A DNA stretch of 64,000 bases. It comes from Candidatus Izemoplasmatales bacterium (lineage in GTDB: Bacteria; Bacillota_I; Bacilli_A; Izemoplasmatales; Hujiaoplasmataceae). Positions 25,101 through 35,241 of this stretch are shown here, one piece after another. Numbering within the stretch: position 1 is the stretch's first letter; every line of letters starts with the position of its first letter. The DNA lies in assembly GCA_050949045.1 (NCBI GenBank), contig JBMNEZ010000001.1, forward strand, positions 108,716 to 172,715. The letters are read 5' to 3'. Below the pieces are notes generated by a model, which was not told the DNA's origin, did no database searches, and saw only the letters and a list, made by a program, of their open reading frames with translations. Position numbers and translations under genes: made by a program.

Positions 25101-26566
25101 CCTTCCAACTCAAAGCCCTTGAATCCGTTGCTATTCGCATCGGCATAATCATAAGAAGCCATATCTTGCAAATTAACATCGAGTTTCATAATCTGAAATT
25201 CGCCAGGATTGAGAAGATTTGTCTTTGCATAGGCAACCAGATTTACGGAAGCTTTTTCGATTTCTCCTCTTGTATAAGGAGCCTGTGAATAGATTTCCAC
25301 TACTTCTTTGCCTGCCTCATCACCAGTATTCGTCACTTTGACGATCAGAGAAACCGTCTTAATCTTGGCAGGCGAGAATAATGAAGAACTGATATCCGCT
25401 TCATCAAGTTCACTGTGTGTGATCGACAAGATTTCCGTATTAAAGCTGGCATAAGACAAACCATAGCCGAATGGATAGACGACATTGTCGGCATACCATG
25501 CGTCTGCCTGGGCTAAGCCGCCCGGCGAGCCGGCTTTACTCAATACGCCGTCGACATAATTCAGGTTTCCAGCCAGAATTTCCGCGTAAACGGTCTCATA
25601 ATACTTGTATCCGATATAGATATCTTCGGAATAATCCACACCATGCAGAGAAATCGGGACCGGTTGGCTGCCGTCTTCTCTTAAATATTTGTTGCTGCCA
25701 GCATCATTTTGAACGTTCGCAATGGAGTTGTACCAAGTTGGATCGAGCGAAAAGTCTTTTGGCCACACGTCAACGAGTTTGCCAGAGGGGTTCCACTCGC
25801 CGCTTAACAATTTTGGAATCGCCTTGATCCCATTTGCGCCGGGACGTCCGATATACATAATCGCATCCACTTTATTGTCATTATGAAGATTGTACATCTC
25901 CATTGGAGTGGATGTATTAAGAAGAACGACGACTTTGTCGCAGAGAGCCGCGGCCTTATCGATCATAGCAATTTCCTTTGCTGTAAGCATCAGGAAGTGT
26001 TTGAGATCGTTACCGTCTGAGTTTCTAGCCAAGCGTTTATGTTGCCAACCGCCGATGTTTTCTACTGCATCATTGGCAAGTTCGCTTGTTGCTACAGCAA
26101 GGTCTGATCCTTCACCGCCACCGCGTTTGAGAACCACAACTGCCACATCAGCGAATCCTTCAACATCTTTTGAGGCTGCCCCTGCAGCAGCATCCTCATT
26201 GATCAGAGTTGGATTCACCTCAAACCCATCGGCATCAAGCACGTCGATTACTTTATGGCTACCGCCCTGTAAAGAAGCTGCCGCAGCACCGAATACCGTT
26301 ACGCCTTTGGCTTTGCTAAAAGGCAAGGCGTTATCTTTGTTCTTGAGCAGAACAGAGCCTTCTCCGGTAAGTTGAATATTCAATTCTGCAGCTGCGGCAG
26401 TAGCTTCGTCCTGCGTCTCATAGGTGGGAATCGCAATCCCGCCGTTGGCAGCGTAGGCACGAGAGCCGCTAAACAGGTATGCTGATACCGCAGTCGCAAG
26501 CGCCAAAGTCAAAACCAGCATACATTTTCCAAGTATAAACCCGTTGTTTTTGCTTCTTCCTTTCAT
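21956..26566 (-). CDS. Giant secreted GH3-family glycosidase B (1536 aa): permuted GH3 core with large inserts, He_PIG domain, collagen-like stalk, Cys-containing C-terminal sorting signal
   Basis: AGGAGG ribosome-binding site. Signal peptide ...[11 protein letters not shown]. Motif order: [26 protein letters not shown], then [12 protein letters not shown] and GKEVVEIY, then [18 protein letters not shown] and [31 protein letters not shown], (G-X-Y)24, and the terminus PISGCGSS + TM + KRRKSD. Confidence 0.85.
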   Translation of the reverse strand: MKGRSKNNGFILGKCMLVLTLALATAVSAYLFSGSRAYAANGGIAIPTYETQDEATAAAAELNIQLTGEGSVLLKNKDNALPFSKAKGVTVFGAAAASLQGGSHKVIDVLDADGFEVNPTLINEDAAAGAASKDVEGFADVAVVVLKRGGGEGSDLAVATSELANDAVENIGGWQHKRLARNSDGNDLKHFLMLTAKEIAMIDKAAALCDKVVVLLNTSTPMEMYNLHNDNKVDAIMYIGRPGANGIKAIPKLLSGEWNPSGKLVDVWPKDFSLDPTWYNSIANVQNDAGSNKYLREDGSQPVPISLHGVDYSEDIYIGYKYYETVYAEILAGNLNYVDGVLSKAGSPGGLAQADAWYADNVVYPFGYGLSYASFNTEILSITHSELDEADISSSLFSPAKIKTVSLIVKVTNTGDEAGKEVVEIYSQAPYTRGEIEKASVNLVAYAKTNLLNPGEFQIMKLDVNLQDMASYDYADANSNGFKGFELEGGVYNLFASNTSHCTNATAKITLTINGDAKLALDDFSDNEIVNLFSKENGRSNSLRNNDVDWNGDGVIDDDDKLFSKEQELLSRSDMVQTFPKAPVTTVDGVPVSSFSEFDITKAYVIGDVVKITTVTPGVTGTSNVSYYKFKANHAAGPFNEAEVDTLSGVFDGGLIVTKAFADLMDYYHNYDLNQWKPEYAYFSTSTAYKTNDEFGVEDSKAVYKATKDTEAIPPISVDGDFPLNSYLVDSNRIYKVIKTIATIVFKDNGPIANGIATQAYEVGDFVTYKSTRWGGETTNNVRVTAAIAVGASFNTRTNCQNFSASMRLIKTGEDANVEEVTHASYIADVMEAELQTKTNTGDYVYSDKLFIGDAGLNGYLGNQAGLYDVTAAMMEGWSQIPNKVGNTDYQALAKEAAGDDWILFGELNGIVFNDDSMIAKGKFAGMTGRQVWLKFMNQWTWNDFYTACWSGGNNGNPVPNLGIPTGGIADSPTNFNGTYTWCCNATIGATWNLELGYKQGAVTANMGLLKNLNTNTKRTQWLNPAINFHRTPFSGRNNEYYSQDGFHAGWMAQAVVKGIQDRGVTSHLKHMLLNDQETNRNSGDLFAWVSEQALREIYLKPWQIAIQEGNSEGAMSAFGRIGSVPTPVSFNMCNILVREEWGRPNFFFHPDMYSPQANVASEDLMLRTGHNHAPGGNNTTNLGTPANNTYSGRWDPEYVNELTGSLGGVYIGRKTLGGEDASRFEEFDVTKAYNINDLVKITGETSVSYYRFIAAHAAGEFVPAEAEALTQDTTQDIYYSNNQWYIVRYSAMIMYSEYANAGHSQNGIIVSQWTPGKFIVDAKETVSLDVGFAGAKDKATIFDYQITSGMLPEGLALNRKTGIITGSTDEIGTFTVTVQGIFDRWIKGSAEYTIVVGHGSIASTEINDEGELLVTFSDGTVVNLGVIEGPAGPAGEKGDPGAKGDPGAKGDPGAKGDPGAKGDPGAKGDPGAKGDKGDKGDKGDAGAAGPAGPAGPAGKDAEPISGCGSSLTGTGILVTGLLSLGVLFLKRRKSD
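22064..22279 (-). repeat. Collagen-like (G-X-Y)24 tract including 6 x 18-bp GDPGAK repeats
   Basis: GPAGPAGEK(GDPGAK)x6 [27 protein letters not shown] read in frame on the minus strand. Confidence 0.9.
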
Positions 26567-27086
26567 AAATCTTTCCTCCTAAAATATATTTTATATTAAT
26601 AGTAACTACGACAGTTATCTATGATTTTAATTGCTATCGGTAGTTACATCTGATTTTAAGGTTAGTCCTTGGATAGATTTCCATATATGAATACAAGATG
26701 CAAGACATATTGCAATCAGCCTTACAAGAAAGAAAAGATAATGAATGAATATAGAGCGGGCATAAAAATAGGATTGGTTTATGCATACAAACAAAAAAAG
26801 TACACAAATCCGTTATATTCTGATCAGTAACTGATAATAAGCAGTCAAAAAATCAACAGTTTACAGAATGGTATACTTGCTTGATTGAAAGATTGCTATC
26901 CACAAAAGCGCCAAAAATGAGTCAAAGCATGCAGGCACTAAAGATAAATGATATAAGAAAACGCTTTCAATCAACTTTACCACAACATAAAGAAATTTTC
27001 AATGTTATTCAAAGCAGAATGCCTATTATTGCGGTTTTGATGCGTAACCTTAGAAAATATGTGCAGTGTTAATAAGCTATACATAA

Positions 27087-29441
27087 TTAAGAAACACTGA
27101 TTTCTTGGCTGTTCGCTCCGTATTTGCTTGTTGCCATAACGATGATTTTTTTACTGTTGTTGTCGGGTCTGATAATAGCCTGTGCTTGGCCGTAATACGT
27201 GTCGGTAATATCGGTTGTATAGCCTCTAGCGTTATATGGGCAACCGTTGCCCAACCCTAGAAGTTTGCCGCCTTTGACGGATACTTTTATCTCCGCTTTT
27301 TCAAAAGGTTTCACAACTCCGTTTTTATCAGTCAAACTGATGTTCACGTAACACAGGGAGTTTCTCTTTACAGAGTTTTTTTCGGGTTTCAATGTGAGTA
27401 TTGTTTCTGGTTGTGCCGTTTTCAATGAAGTTCTGGCAATCTCATTATTATCTTTATCCAAAGCGACCGCGATGACTTCGCCGTCATAATATCTAGCAGA
27501 ATAGATGACTTTGCAGTCCTTGCGTGTCCTTTTAACGCCGATCAAGCGATTATTGATGTATAGTGCCGCCTTGTAAGCGCGAGTGTATACCTCAATTTTT
27601 GTTTTTTTACCGTTGTAGCCGTTCCATGCCCAGCTTTGCAGGGCATTGGTCATTTTCCAGGCCGAGGGAGAATGCCGCTTACTTGTAATGCTGACTGGTC
27701 TGACGGCAATATTGATCTTGTCTAACTCGAAAGCCACGCGCGTGTAGGCGAGTTCCGCGGTTTTGTTGCCGGTGATATCTATTCTTCCCGATCCTGCTGT
27801 CAGCCATCCGACGCCTTGATTAAACTCGGGGGCATATTCTTTGTATTCCCATGCGCCTACGCCCACTTCGCCGAGATAGTCAATGCCTGCCCAGACGAAA
27901 TCGCCAATCAATGAAGGATGTTTTTTGGCTAATTCATAAAATTTGTAGGCGTCTTTACAAAAGGTTTCTGTTCCCAGAATAACGCGATTCGGATATTTTT
28001 TGATATCTTTTTTGTAACGCAGAATGCCATAATTGTATCCTGCGACATCCAACTTCGCGAAGGCAGCTCTTGTCTTGAGGTCGCAGCCGCGCAGAGTGGC
28101 ACCCAGTTTCATGAATTTATCACCGAACAACCCGGCGAAGTAATTGAAGAAAGCACTGCCCACAGGTTTGTTTTTTTGCGCTTTTTTGTCACTGTATACG
28201 CCAAAGCCGAGAGAATACAAATAATTGAAGAAGATGTTAATGCCGCATGTTACCGGTCTTGTGCTATCGAGTTCATGGCAATAATCGGTCATTTTTCCGC
28301 AAAGCTCGATGCCTCTTTTTTCCGATGTTTCCGCCACTTCATTGCCGATTGAATACATGATCACGCTGGGATGATTGTAATCCTTATCTATCATTGCTTT
28401 TAAGTCTTGTTCGTAATTGCTTTCCACATTCGTGGCATAATCATATTTAGTTTTATGAATATACCACATGTCGACATATTCATCTACCACCAGCATGCCG
28501 AGGCGATCACAGGCAGTGAGCAAGGCTTTGGAACAGGGGTTATGCGCCGAGCGGATAGCATTATACCCGCTTTCCTTAAGAATCCTTATCTTTCTTTCTT
28601 CAGCGAAATCATAGGCGCACGCTCCAAGCAAGCCGTTATCATGGTGGATGCAAGCTCCGCGAAGGATAATTCTCTCGCCATTGATACAAAAACCCTTACT
28701 GCTATTGCATTCGATCTCTCTGATGCCAAAGGTTTCTTCGAGGGAATCGTTCTTGAAATCGACGCGACAGCGATAAAGATTGGGCGCATTAGGACTCCAT
28801 AATAGGGCGTTTTTAATTTCGGCTTTGACTTTTAAAGCGCCTTCACTATAACCAGAAAACGAATAAACTGATCGGCCTTTATCATCGTACAAAGACAAAG
28901 AAACATCGCCCTTAGCAGTGGTATTAATCGAGATTTCTACTGTTGCCGGAAAATATGAAAGTGTTTTGATCTTAACGCCATTTATTTCAATATGTTCTTT
29001 TTCCGCCAAGTACATGAATACCGGGCGATAGATGCCGGCACCCGAATACCAACGGCTGTTCGGCTGGTCAGAATTTTTAACCAACACCTTGATATTGTTT
29101 TCTCTATCAAAATGAACGTAAGCGCTTATTTCAAAGTGAAAACCGGTATATCCATAATCGTGAGAAAACACTTTTTTGTCGTTTATCAATATTTCAGCAT
29201 TCCGGTATATTCCTTCGAATTCAAGAAAAATTTTCTTATTTGAATATTCTTGGGGGACAAAAAAATCTTTTTCATAAACATAATCATAGGCTTCAAACCA
29301 ACTTATGTTGACCCCGCCGGCGCTGTCACGGCTCCTATTTTCATGAATCATCGCATCATGAGGAAGGGTAATATCAATTTTATTACCCTCCTTATTCGCC
29401 CTGTGGTATTTCCAATTGTCGTTGAACGGTATTTTATTCAT
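27087..29441 (-). CDS. GH2-family glycosidase (beta-galactosidase/beta-glucuronidase-like)
   Basis: FNDNWKY start, NAIRSAHNP...LGMLVVDE, and NHPSVIMYSIGNE (acid/base Glu motif). No signal peptide. Confidence 0.8.
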   Translation of the reverse strand: MNKIPFNDNWKYHRANKEGNKIDITLPHDAMIHENRSRDSAGGVNISWFEAYDYVYEKDFFVPQEYSNKKIFLEFEGIYRNAEILINDKKVFSHDYGYTGFHFEISAYVHFDRENNIKVLVKNSDQPNSRWYSGAGIYRPVFMYLAEKEHIEINGVKIKTLSYFPATVEISINTTAKGDVSLSLYDDKGRSVYSFSGYSEGALKVKAEIKNALLWSPNAPNLYRCRVDFKNDSLEETFGIREIECNSSKGFCINGERIILRGACIHHDNGLLGACAYDFAEERKIRILKESGYNAIRSAHNPCSKALLTACDRLGMLVVDEYVDMWYIHKTKYDYATNVESNYEQDLKAMIDKDYNHPSVIMYSIGNEVAETSEKRGIELCGKMTDYCHELDSTRPVTCGINIFFNYLYSLGFGVYSDKKAQKNKPVGSAFFNYFAGLFGDKFMKLGATLRGCDLKTRAAFAKLDVAGYNYGILRYKKDIKKYPNRVILGTETFCKDAYKFYELAKKHPSLIGDFVWAGIDYLGEVGVGAWEYKEYAPEFNQGVGWLTAGSGRIDITGNKTAELAYTRVAFELDKINIAVRPVSITSKRHSPSAWKMTNALQSWAWNGYNGKKTKIEVYTRAYKAALYINNRLIGVKRTRKDCKVIYSARYYDGEVIAVALDKDNNEIARTSLKTAQPETILTLKPEKNSVKRNSLCYVNISLTDKNGVVKPFEKAEIKVSVKGGKLLGLGNGCPYNARGYTTDITDTYYGQAQAIIRPDNNSKKIIVMATSKYGANSQEISVS

Positions 29442-29457
29442 CTTAATATTTCAGTTC

Positions 29458-31074
29458 TTATTTGTCTTTAGAAGCTTGAGCTCTTTTCTCTTTTTTCTCT
29501 TGCTCTTCTCTTTCCGCTTCTTCTTGTTCTAAGCGCAAGCGCTCTGCCGGATCCAACCAGACGCCGCCTGCGGCAAGGACTTCGGCTTTTTGATAGGCAA
29601 GGATCTTCTCCTGGTCTTCTTTCAAGTTCTTTTCAACATTAAGGAAAATCATCAATACGGCAATGATTGCATAACAAATAAGTTCCACAAGCAGAAACGA
29701 GATTACAAAAATATTTTCAACATCCGGGCCAACACCGACAGAAGGATCATAATCACTGTTTAACAACATGAAATTGATAAAGGCCATGGATACTCCTAGC
29801 AAGCCAACCATGATCGATCCATAAACCGCCATTGTAAAACCGTCGCTTCGGAAATGGTTTTTCGCTTCAAGATGGTCAAGCACGTCAGAAAGCAAAGCCA
29901 AAGACACGTACATTGCCGGGATTGAACCGATTCCTTTCAAAACGATACCGGCGCATACCCAATAGAAGTTGTTAACATCAATGAAACTCAATGCCCCGCC
30001 CAATACCGAGATGATCATTCCGATCAAAATCGATTTCTGCTTGGTCAGTTTGTTTGCGATAGGCCACGCAACGACCATTCCGATTGCGGTCGGTATTCCG
30101 CCAACTATGCCAAGCAAGCCCATTGCCTGGCCGCCCGTTATCGTTCCTTTCAGAACGTAATCGCAAAAATAGGTCATCGAACCGTTTTTTACAAGGCCGC
30201 CCAGTTGAAACAATAGAAAATAGACAATAATCAACCACCAGTATTTGTTGGAAACAACAGCCTTTATCTGTTGAAGCATGGGGATTGTTTTTTTCTCAAT
30301 GTCTAATTTCACGCCTTCTTCGGTAATTCTTTCGCGAGTATTGTAGTATTCGATCAGTACGCCGACAAAAGTAATCACCGAGAGCACGATGACAAATATC
30401 TTCCAATTATTCAAGCTGGCGGCGGCGTTTATTACCTCTACACCGCCGGGTCCCTCTTCCAACACAAACAACAAATGCTGGAAAAAGATCGGTACGACCG
30501 CACTCGCCACAATCCCGACAGCCGCAACCGCCGAAGCATTGGAAAAAGTTGACAACAGCCCCCGTTTCTTGGGGTTTCTTGTTGAAAGAGCGACCATCGA
30601 ACTGTGGCTGGCGTAAAATATCGGATAGAAAAACGCATAGTAGAGATTATAGGAAATGCAAATCCAAATCATTTGCACTGTTACGTTTGTACTCGGAACC
30701 ATAATGACAGCCAACAAACCAACAGGCAACAACAAGGAAGAAAGCAACATATAAGGCCTAGCCTTGCCTTGTGAAGTTCTGGTTTTATCTATCAATCTGC
30801 CGCTCAGTAAATTTCCAATAATAACTAGTATTACGGAAAGCAAGGGCAACAAAACTGAGATGTACCCGAAAGTGGCTTTGTTTGTCCAGCCAATGACATC
30901 CGAATAATAGCGGTTTAAGTAAGAACCGAATACCGCATTAGAAATCAAAGCAAGAAAAGGACCGATAAAATACCCCAAGATCATTTCCTTGGGTTTTACT
31001 TCTGCGGACTTAATGGTTGTCCTCAGGAGCGGGTTATCCATAAACCCCTTTTTGACTGTTTGTTCTGTTGCCAT
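29458..31074 (-). CDS. GPH-family (glycoside-pentoside-hexuronide):cation symporter, MFS superfamily
   Basis: 12-TM layout. GRLIDKTRTSQGKARPY loop typical of GPH carriers. GGAGG ribosome-binding site. Unusually long charged C-terminal tail (EQEEAEREEQEKKEKR). Confidence 0.75.
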   Translation of the reverse strand: MATEQTVKKGFMDNPLLRTTIKSAEVKPKEMILGYFIGPFLALISNAVFGSYLNRYYSDVIGWTNKATFGYISVLLPLLSVILVIIGNLLSGRLIDKTRTSQGKARPYMLLSSLLLPVGLLAVIMVPSTNVTVQMIWICISYNLYYAFFYPIFYASHSSMVALSTRNPKKRGLLSTFSNASAVAAVGIVASAVVPIFFQHLLFVLEEGPGGVEVINAAASLNNWKIFVIVLSVITFVGVLIEYYNTRERITEEGVKLDIEKKTIPMLQQIKAVVSNKYWWLIIVYFLLFQLGGLVKNGSMTYFCDYVLKGTITGGQAMGLLGIVGGIPTAIGMVVAWPIANKLTKQKSILIGMIISVLGGALSFIDVNNFYWVCAGIVLKGIGSIPAMYVSLALLSDVLDHLEAKNHFRSDGFTMAVYGSIMVGLLGVSMAFINFMLLNSDYDPSVGVGPDVENIFVISFLLVELICYAIIAVLMIFLNVEKNLKEDQEKILAYQKAEVLAAGGVWLDPAERLRLEQEEAEREEQEKKEKRAQASKDK

Positions 31075-31086
31075 GTTAACCTCCGT

Positions 31087-33642
31087 TTATTTTATTTTTT
31101 GATCAAAAGAAAACTCACCGCTATGCAAAAGTTTTTCCTCACCGTTAGGCATGATTAAATGGCACTTAGTCCCAACGGGAATTTCCACATCAATATTGAA
31201 TCTGTCATCTTCTATCCGCCAACTGCTCTTTATCATTCCATAGGGGGCTTCAAAAGATGCCGAGGCGAATGTTAGTCCGCCGCCTAAAACGGGTTTTATT
31301 CTGAATTCGGCATAGCCTCCCTTGATGGGTTCGATACCCGCGATTCTCTTGTAAAAGAAGTTGCCTACAGCACCATTGGCATAATGGTTGAAAGAAACCA
31401 TTCCCTTGGTGCCGTCATCGGCTCCGGTATTAGATCCACCGTCAGGTTTTAGAGCATCCCAACGCTCCCAAAGCGTGGTTGCCCCGGCTTTAACTTGATA
31501 AAGCCATGAAGGGCAGCTTTCCGTAAGCAGCATCTTATAAGCGTCTTCCACATGGCCATTATCACAAAGGGCAAAAAGAATATACGGCGTTCCGGGGAAA
31601 CCGGTAGCTATGTTGTAATTGTTTTCTCTGACGAGCCTCGCCAGGTTCGCCGCTGCTTTTGCTTTGGTTTCCCCCTTGAAGACTTCGTAGACGATAGGCA
31701 ACACGTAAGCGGTTTGGAACTCGTTTTTCAACTTGCCGTTGCCGTCGGTAAACACTTTTATGTATGCATCGGAAATTTCTTGATATAAATTATTGTAATA
31801 TTGTGCATCCTCGCCGTATCCCAATTCATTGGCGATCTTGACCATCAGCCTACAAGAGTTGGCGAAGCATGCCGTAGCTGTCCATTTCCCCCTTCTCATC
31901 CAGGCCCATAGGCCGAGATTGGGCGCACACCAGTCTCCGTAATGATGGCCCAAACTCCAGATGCGTCTCCTTGTGCCGAAAGAGAAGAGCTGCGCCCAAA
32001 ACTTGCACGCCTTGAGATACCTTTTCATTGAATTGTAATTTGATTTCAAAACTTTGATATTGCCCCTTGCTTGGTATTCCGCCCAAGGGACCAGTATGCA
32101 ACTATCTCCCCAATGGTCGATAGCCATTACGAAAATGGATTCATAGTTTGTAGGAAAGACCACATGGGGTATGGTAACCGGGATCCCACCAGTCCTTTTT
32201 TGATCGGTACGCAGATCCCTTAGCCATTTGTTATAAAAACGCGAGGTGTCGAAATTGAAAGATGCAGTGGCGGAGAACAGCGCAATGTCTCCCGTCCAAC
32301 CCATTCTTTCATCACGCTGGGGGCAGTCCATCGGAATATCGACAAAGTTGGATTTGGTGCTCCATACAATATTGCTTTGCAGTTGATTGAGCAATTCGTT
32401 AGAGCAGTTGAATGTCCCCGTTCTTTTGATATCTGAATATAATGCCAGGGCGGATAATTTCAAATCTTTTTGCTTTATTCCTTCGACGCTTACATAACGA
32501 AAACCCATAAATGTAAATGAGGGGGAATATTCCTGCTTTTTATTGCCATTGCAGATATAGGTAAGTTCTGCTTTGGCACTTCTTAAAGGCTTTGTAAAGA
32601 GTTTGCCATCCATTAGAATTTCGGCATGCCTGAATATGATTTTCTGGTCTTTTTTGCAATTAGAAAAGCTCGCTTTGATTACTCCTGCGAAATTCTGTCC
32701 GAAATCATATATTAAAGTGCCATCATCCAAAGTAGTTATTTCGATTGGTTTAAACTCTTCATGGGCACGGACGAGATCGCCGTATGTTACGCGTAAAACG
32801 GGATTGAATTTGACCTTTTCAATACCAGCGTCAATCCAAGAAGATTCGTTTAAGTCAACTCTGGCATCATAAACTTCGCCGTCATAAAAATCGGCTTCCC
32901 TTACAGATCCCTCTCTTGTGACAAGCCAGGTGTTGTCTGTGCCGATAACAGCGGTTGTGCCATCTGTATACTCAACTCTTATTTCGCAAAGGAATGCCTG
33001 CTTTTTCGCAAAGATCCTATTTCTGAGGCTGTGGGTGAATTTTCCTACCGCCCAACCACCGCAGACCGTTGCGGTGAGGATGTCTTTTCCGCTTAGATTA
33101 TCGGTGATGTCGTAAATCTGATACTGCATTTGGTTATGATACGATGTAAAGCCGGGGGTAAAATAGTCTTTGCCAATCTTCTTTCCATTGATGTTGATCT
33201 CGTATATCCCCAAGGCCGTGCTACAAACCCGCACTCGCTTAATTGGCTTTTCAAAGACTAGTTCTTTTTTGAATACCATCGGCTCGGGAGACACTTTTTT
33301 CCGTGTGAATTTATATGTGGGATCGCTTATCCACGCACCCTGCCACGGAAGGCCCATCCTTCCTGTTTCAAAGGTGGTTTGTGCCTCCGCTTTTTGGGAA
33401 TGGTTATCCTCGGCCACCACATTGACGAGATAGGTGGTAAATGGTTTGAGTTTTTCGCCGCCATAGGAAATACCGATCTGGCTATCCGTTGTTGTATTCC
33501 AGCCGTTGACGCTGATTTTTGCTTTGTTTAACCTAGTATCGGGAATATCGCTTTCAAGCGCAAAAGAAAACTGCGGTCGCTCCTTATCGGTGATACAGTT
33601 TTCTTTTAGATTCTCGGTCTTGATGTATGATATTTTCAACAT
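31087..33642 (-). CDS. GH78 alpha-L-rhamnosidase
   Basis: Hallmark MDCPQRDERMGWTGD block. N-terminal rhamnosidase-type beta-sandwich start (LKISYIKTENL...). 851 aa. GGGAGG ribosome-binding site. No signal peptide. Confidence 0.9.
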   Translation of the reverse strand: MLKISYIKTENLKENCITDKERPQFSFALESDIPDTRLNKAKISVNGWNTTTDSQIGISYGGEKLKPFTTYLVNVVAEDNHSQKAEAQTTFETGRMGLPWQGAWISDPTYKFTRKKVSPEPMVFKKELVFEKPIKRVRVCSTALGIYEININGKKIGKDYFTPGFTSYHNQMQYQIYDITDNLSGKDILTATVCGGWAVGKFTHSLRNRIFAKKQAFLCEIRVEYTDGTTAVIGTDNTWLVTREGSVREADFYDGEVYDARVDLNESSWIDAGIEKVKFNPVLRVTYGDLVRAHEEFKPIEITTLDDGTLIYDFGQNFAGVIKASFSNCKKDQKIIFRHAEILMDGKLFTKPLRSAKAELTYICNGNKKQEYSPSFTFMGFRYVSVEGIKQKDLKLSALALYSDIKRTGTFNCSNELLNQLQSNIVWSTKSNFVDIPMDCPQRDERMGWTGDIALFSATASFNFDTSRFYNKWLRDLRTDQKRTGGIPVTIPHVVFPTNYESIFVMAIDHWGDSCILVPWAEYQARGNIKVLKSNYNSMKRYLKACKFWAQLFSFGTRRRIWSLGHHYGDWCAPNLGLWAWMRRGKWTATACFANSCRLMVKIANELGYGEDAQYYNNLYQEISDAYIKVFTDGNGKLKNEFQTAYVLPIVYEVFKGETKAKAAANLARLVRENNYNIATGFPGTPYILFALCDNGHVEDAYKMLLTESCPSWLYQVKAGATTLWERWDALKPDGGSNTGADDGTKGMVSFNHYANGAVGNFFYKRIAGIEPIKGGYAEFRIKPVLGGGLTFASASFEAPYGMIKSSWRIEDDRFNIDVEIPVGTKCHLIMPNGEEKLLHSGEFSFDQKIK

Positions 33643-33797
33643 AACAGAATACCTCCCATTTACAAATCAAAAGGTGTTATTGCGGAATGCCTGCCATAAC
33701 ATCATTATTAATTGCCGTTTGCGATAACTGTTATCATCAAATCACCTATCACAAATAACCGTAATATGTAATTTTCATTTATTGATTTTATATCATC

Positions 33798-33826
33798 ATT
33801 ATCTAAAATCATTACATTTTTTTCAA
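33798..33826 (-). promoter_or_regulatory. Candidate sigma-A promoter of the GH78-GPH-GH2 operon
   Basis: Minus strand: TTGAAA, 17-nt spacer, GATAAT. This leaves a ~150-nt leader. Confidence 0.45.
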
Positions 33827-33873
33827 TGCCTATTTCCTAAATTATTGGTTTTTAAACGTAATCTTAGCGTAAC

Positions 33874-33905
33874 GAAAAAAGGATAGTAAATTATCCTTTT
33901 GTTTT
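33874..33905 (-). terminator. Terminator after LytTR TCS 1 (AU-rich, potentially bidirectional)
   Basis: AAAAGGATA, loop, TATCCTTTT, flanked by A and T tracts on both sides. Confidence 0.5.
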
Positions 33906-33963
33906 TGCTTTCATTATTCTTATGTAGCATGATTATTTGACTACATAACGGCAGATAGAAAGC

Positions 33964-35241
33964 TTAATCGGTTGTCGGTATCAGGATATTCAACTGAAAC
34001 AGATTGTTTTTTGTATCAATGGAGAGGATCCCTCCATATTTTTCTACGATCATCTTGATGCTTTTCATCCCAAATCCGTGATAATTTTTATCGGCTTTTG
34101 TTGTTTGAGGCAAATCATCAAACATGTTGATATTGCCTTGATACTGGTTTTCTAGGTGTATCGATACCATGTTCATATTTTTTTTGATATGAATGCTGAT
34201 AGTCTTGTTGTCGCTGTCGATGTTTTGCACCGCTTCGATCGAATTATCAAGCGCGTTGCCAAAAAGAGAGTAGATATCAGACGAGCGCATGAAGGAAAGA
34301 ATATTGCCGTCAGCTATGCAATTGATTTTTATATTGTATTTTGCGCACGCATATGCCTTTTCAAATAGGATGATATCCAAGGCTTCGTTACCGGTTCTTA
34401 AGTTTATGTCGAACATTGATATTATTTCGTTTAACTCTCCGATTTCTTCAGAGCTGATTCGGCCTTCAAGTTGAGACAATTGATGTTTCATATCATGGAA
34501 TTTGACATTGAATAGTTCAAAAGTGTGCTTGGAGGATCGCAACTGTTTTTTTTGTAGAACAAGCATCTGCTCCAAGGTTGCCAATTCTTTACCTTTGAAA
34601 GTGATTTCTAGCAAGCTGTATTGATAGCTTAGAGTTAATAAACAACATAAAATATCATAAATGGCAAGCATAGAATATACTGAATAGTCTTCCCTGTAAC
34701 TGTATTGACCCAACACAATGGACACTAATGTCAGGGAAATGGTCAGCAGTATGATTTGATTGTTTTTGAACGCCGTAATATCGTATCTTTCCAAACGTTT
34801 AGCAAACAGAAAATAGAAAAGCACGTATACAATCGGCAAAGCCGCAAAATAAAAGATCGAAGTGTCAGCCAGCCCGAATTTAATTTCACCGATGCTTTGA
34901 AATATTTCTCCGAGTTTATAGGCGCTGTGCTGAGTGGCGAAGGCGCTGATTTCACAAAAAATAGCGGTTCTTAAAGGTATTTTGAAACAAAACATCAATA
35001 GCATGGTTGTGATAATCACAATTGATGTGAATTTCAATATATCCCAAGGAGTATAACGCGTTTCAAAAAAATTCCAAATAAATAGTATTAAGATCAGTAT
35101 CGAAAAGCACAAAAGCACGCGAAGAAGAAAATGGTTCCGTCTTTTTAGAGTATAGACAAACATGATGTTTGTAATCAGCATTTCGAGGCCAAAGCCATAT
35201 TTCTCAAACAATTCTTTTATAAACTCAAAAAATGGGCTCAT
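33964..35241 (-). CDS. Sensor histidine kinase, AgrC/HPK10-like (polytopic sensor plus GHKL ATPase), TCS 1
   Basis: About 6 N-terminal TM helices. H-box FHDMKHQL, N-box FGNALDNSIEA, G-box YHGFGMKSI. ATGA overlap with the upstream response-regulator gene. Confidence 0.8.
   Translation of the reverse strand: MSPFFEFIKELFEKYGFGLEMLITNIMFVYTLKRRNHFLLRVLLCFSILILILFIWNFFETRYTPWDILKFTSIVIITTMLLMFCFKIPLRTAIFCEISAFATQHSAYKLGEIFQSIGEIKFGLADTSIFYFAALPIVYVLFYFLFAKRLERYDITAFKNNQIILLTISLTLVSIVLGQYSYREDYSVYSMLAIYDILCCLLTLSYQYSLLEITFKGKELATLEQMLVLQKKQLRSSKHTFELFNVKFHDMKHQLSQLEGRISSEEIGELNEIISMFDINLRTGNEALDIILFEKAYACAKYNIKINCIADGNILSFMRSSDIYSLFGNALDNSIEAVQNIDSDNKTISIHIKKNMNMVSIHLENQYQGNINMFDDLPQTTKADKNYHGFGMKSIKMIVEKYGGILSIDTKNNLFQLNILIPTTD

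Noticed and set aside
24542-25288. 248-aa plus-strand ORF, the longest unexplained ORF in the track. Similar antisense ORFs lie at 7066-7539, 14968-15381, 48694-49149 and 56053-56460.
   Set aside because: All lie fully inside, and antisense to, genes with strong family motifs. None has a convincing ribosome-binding site or a recognisable motif.
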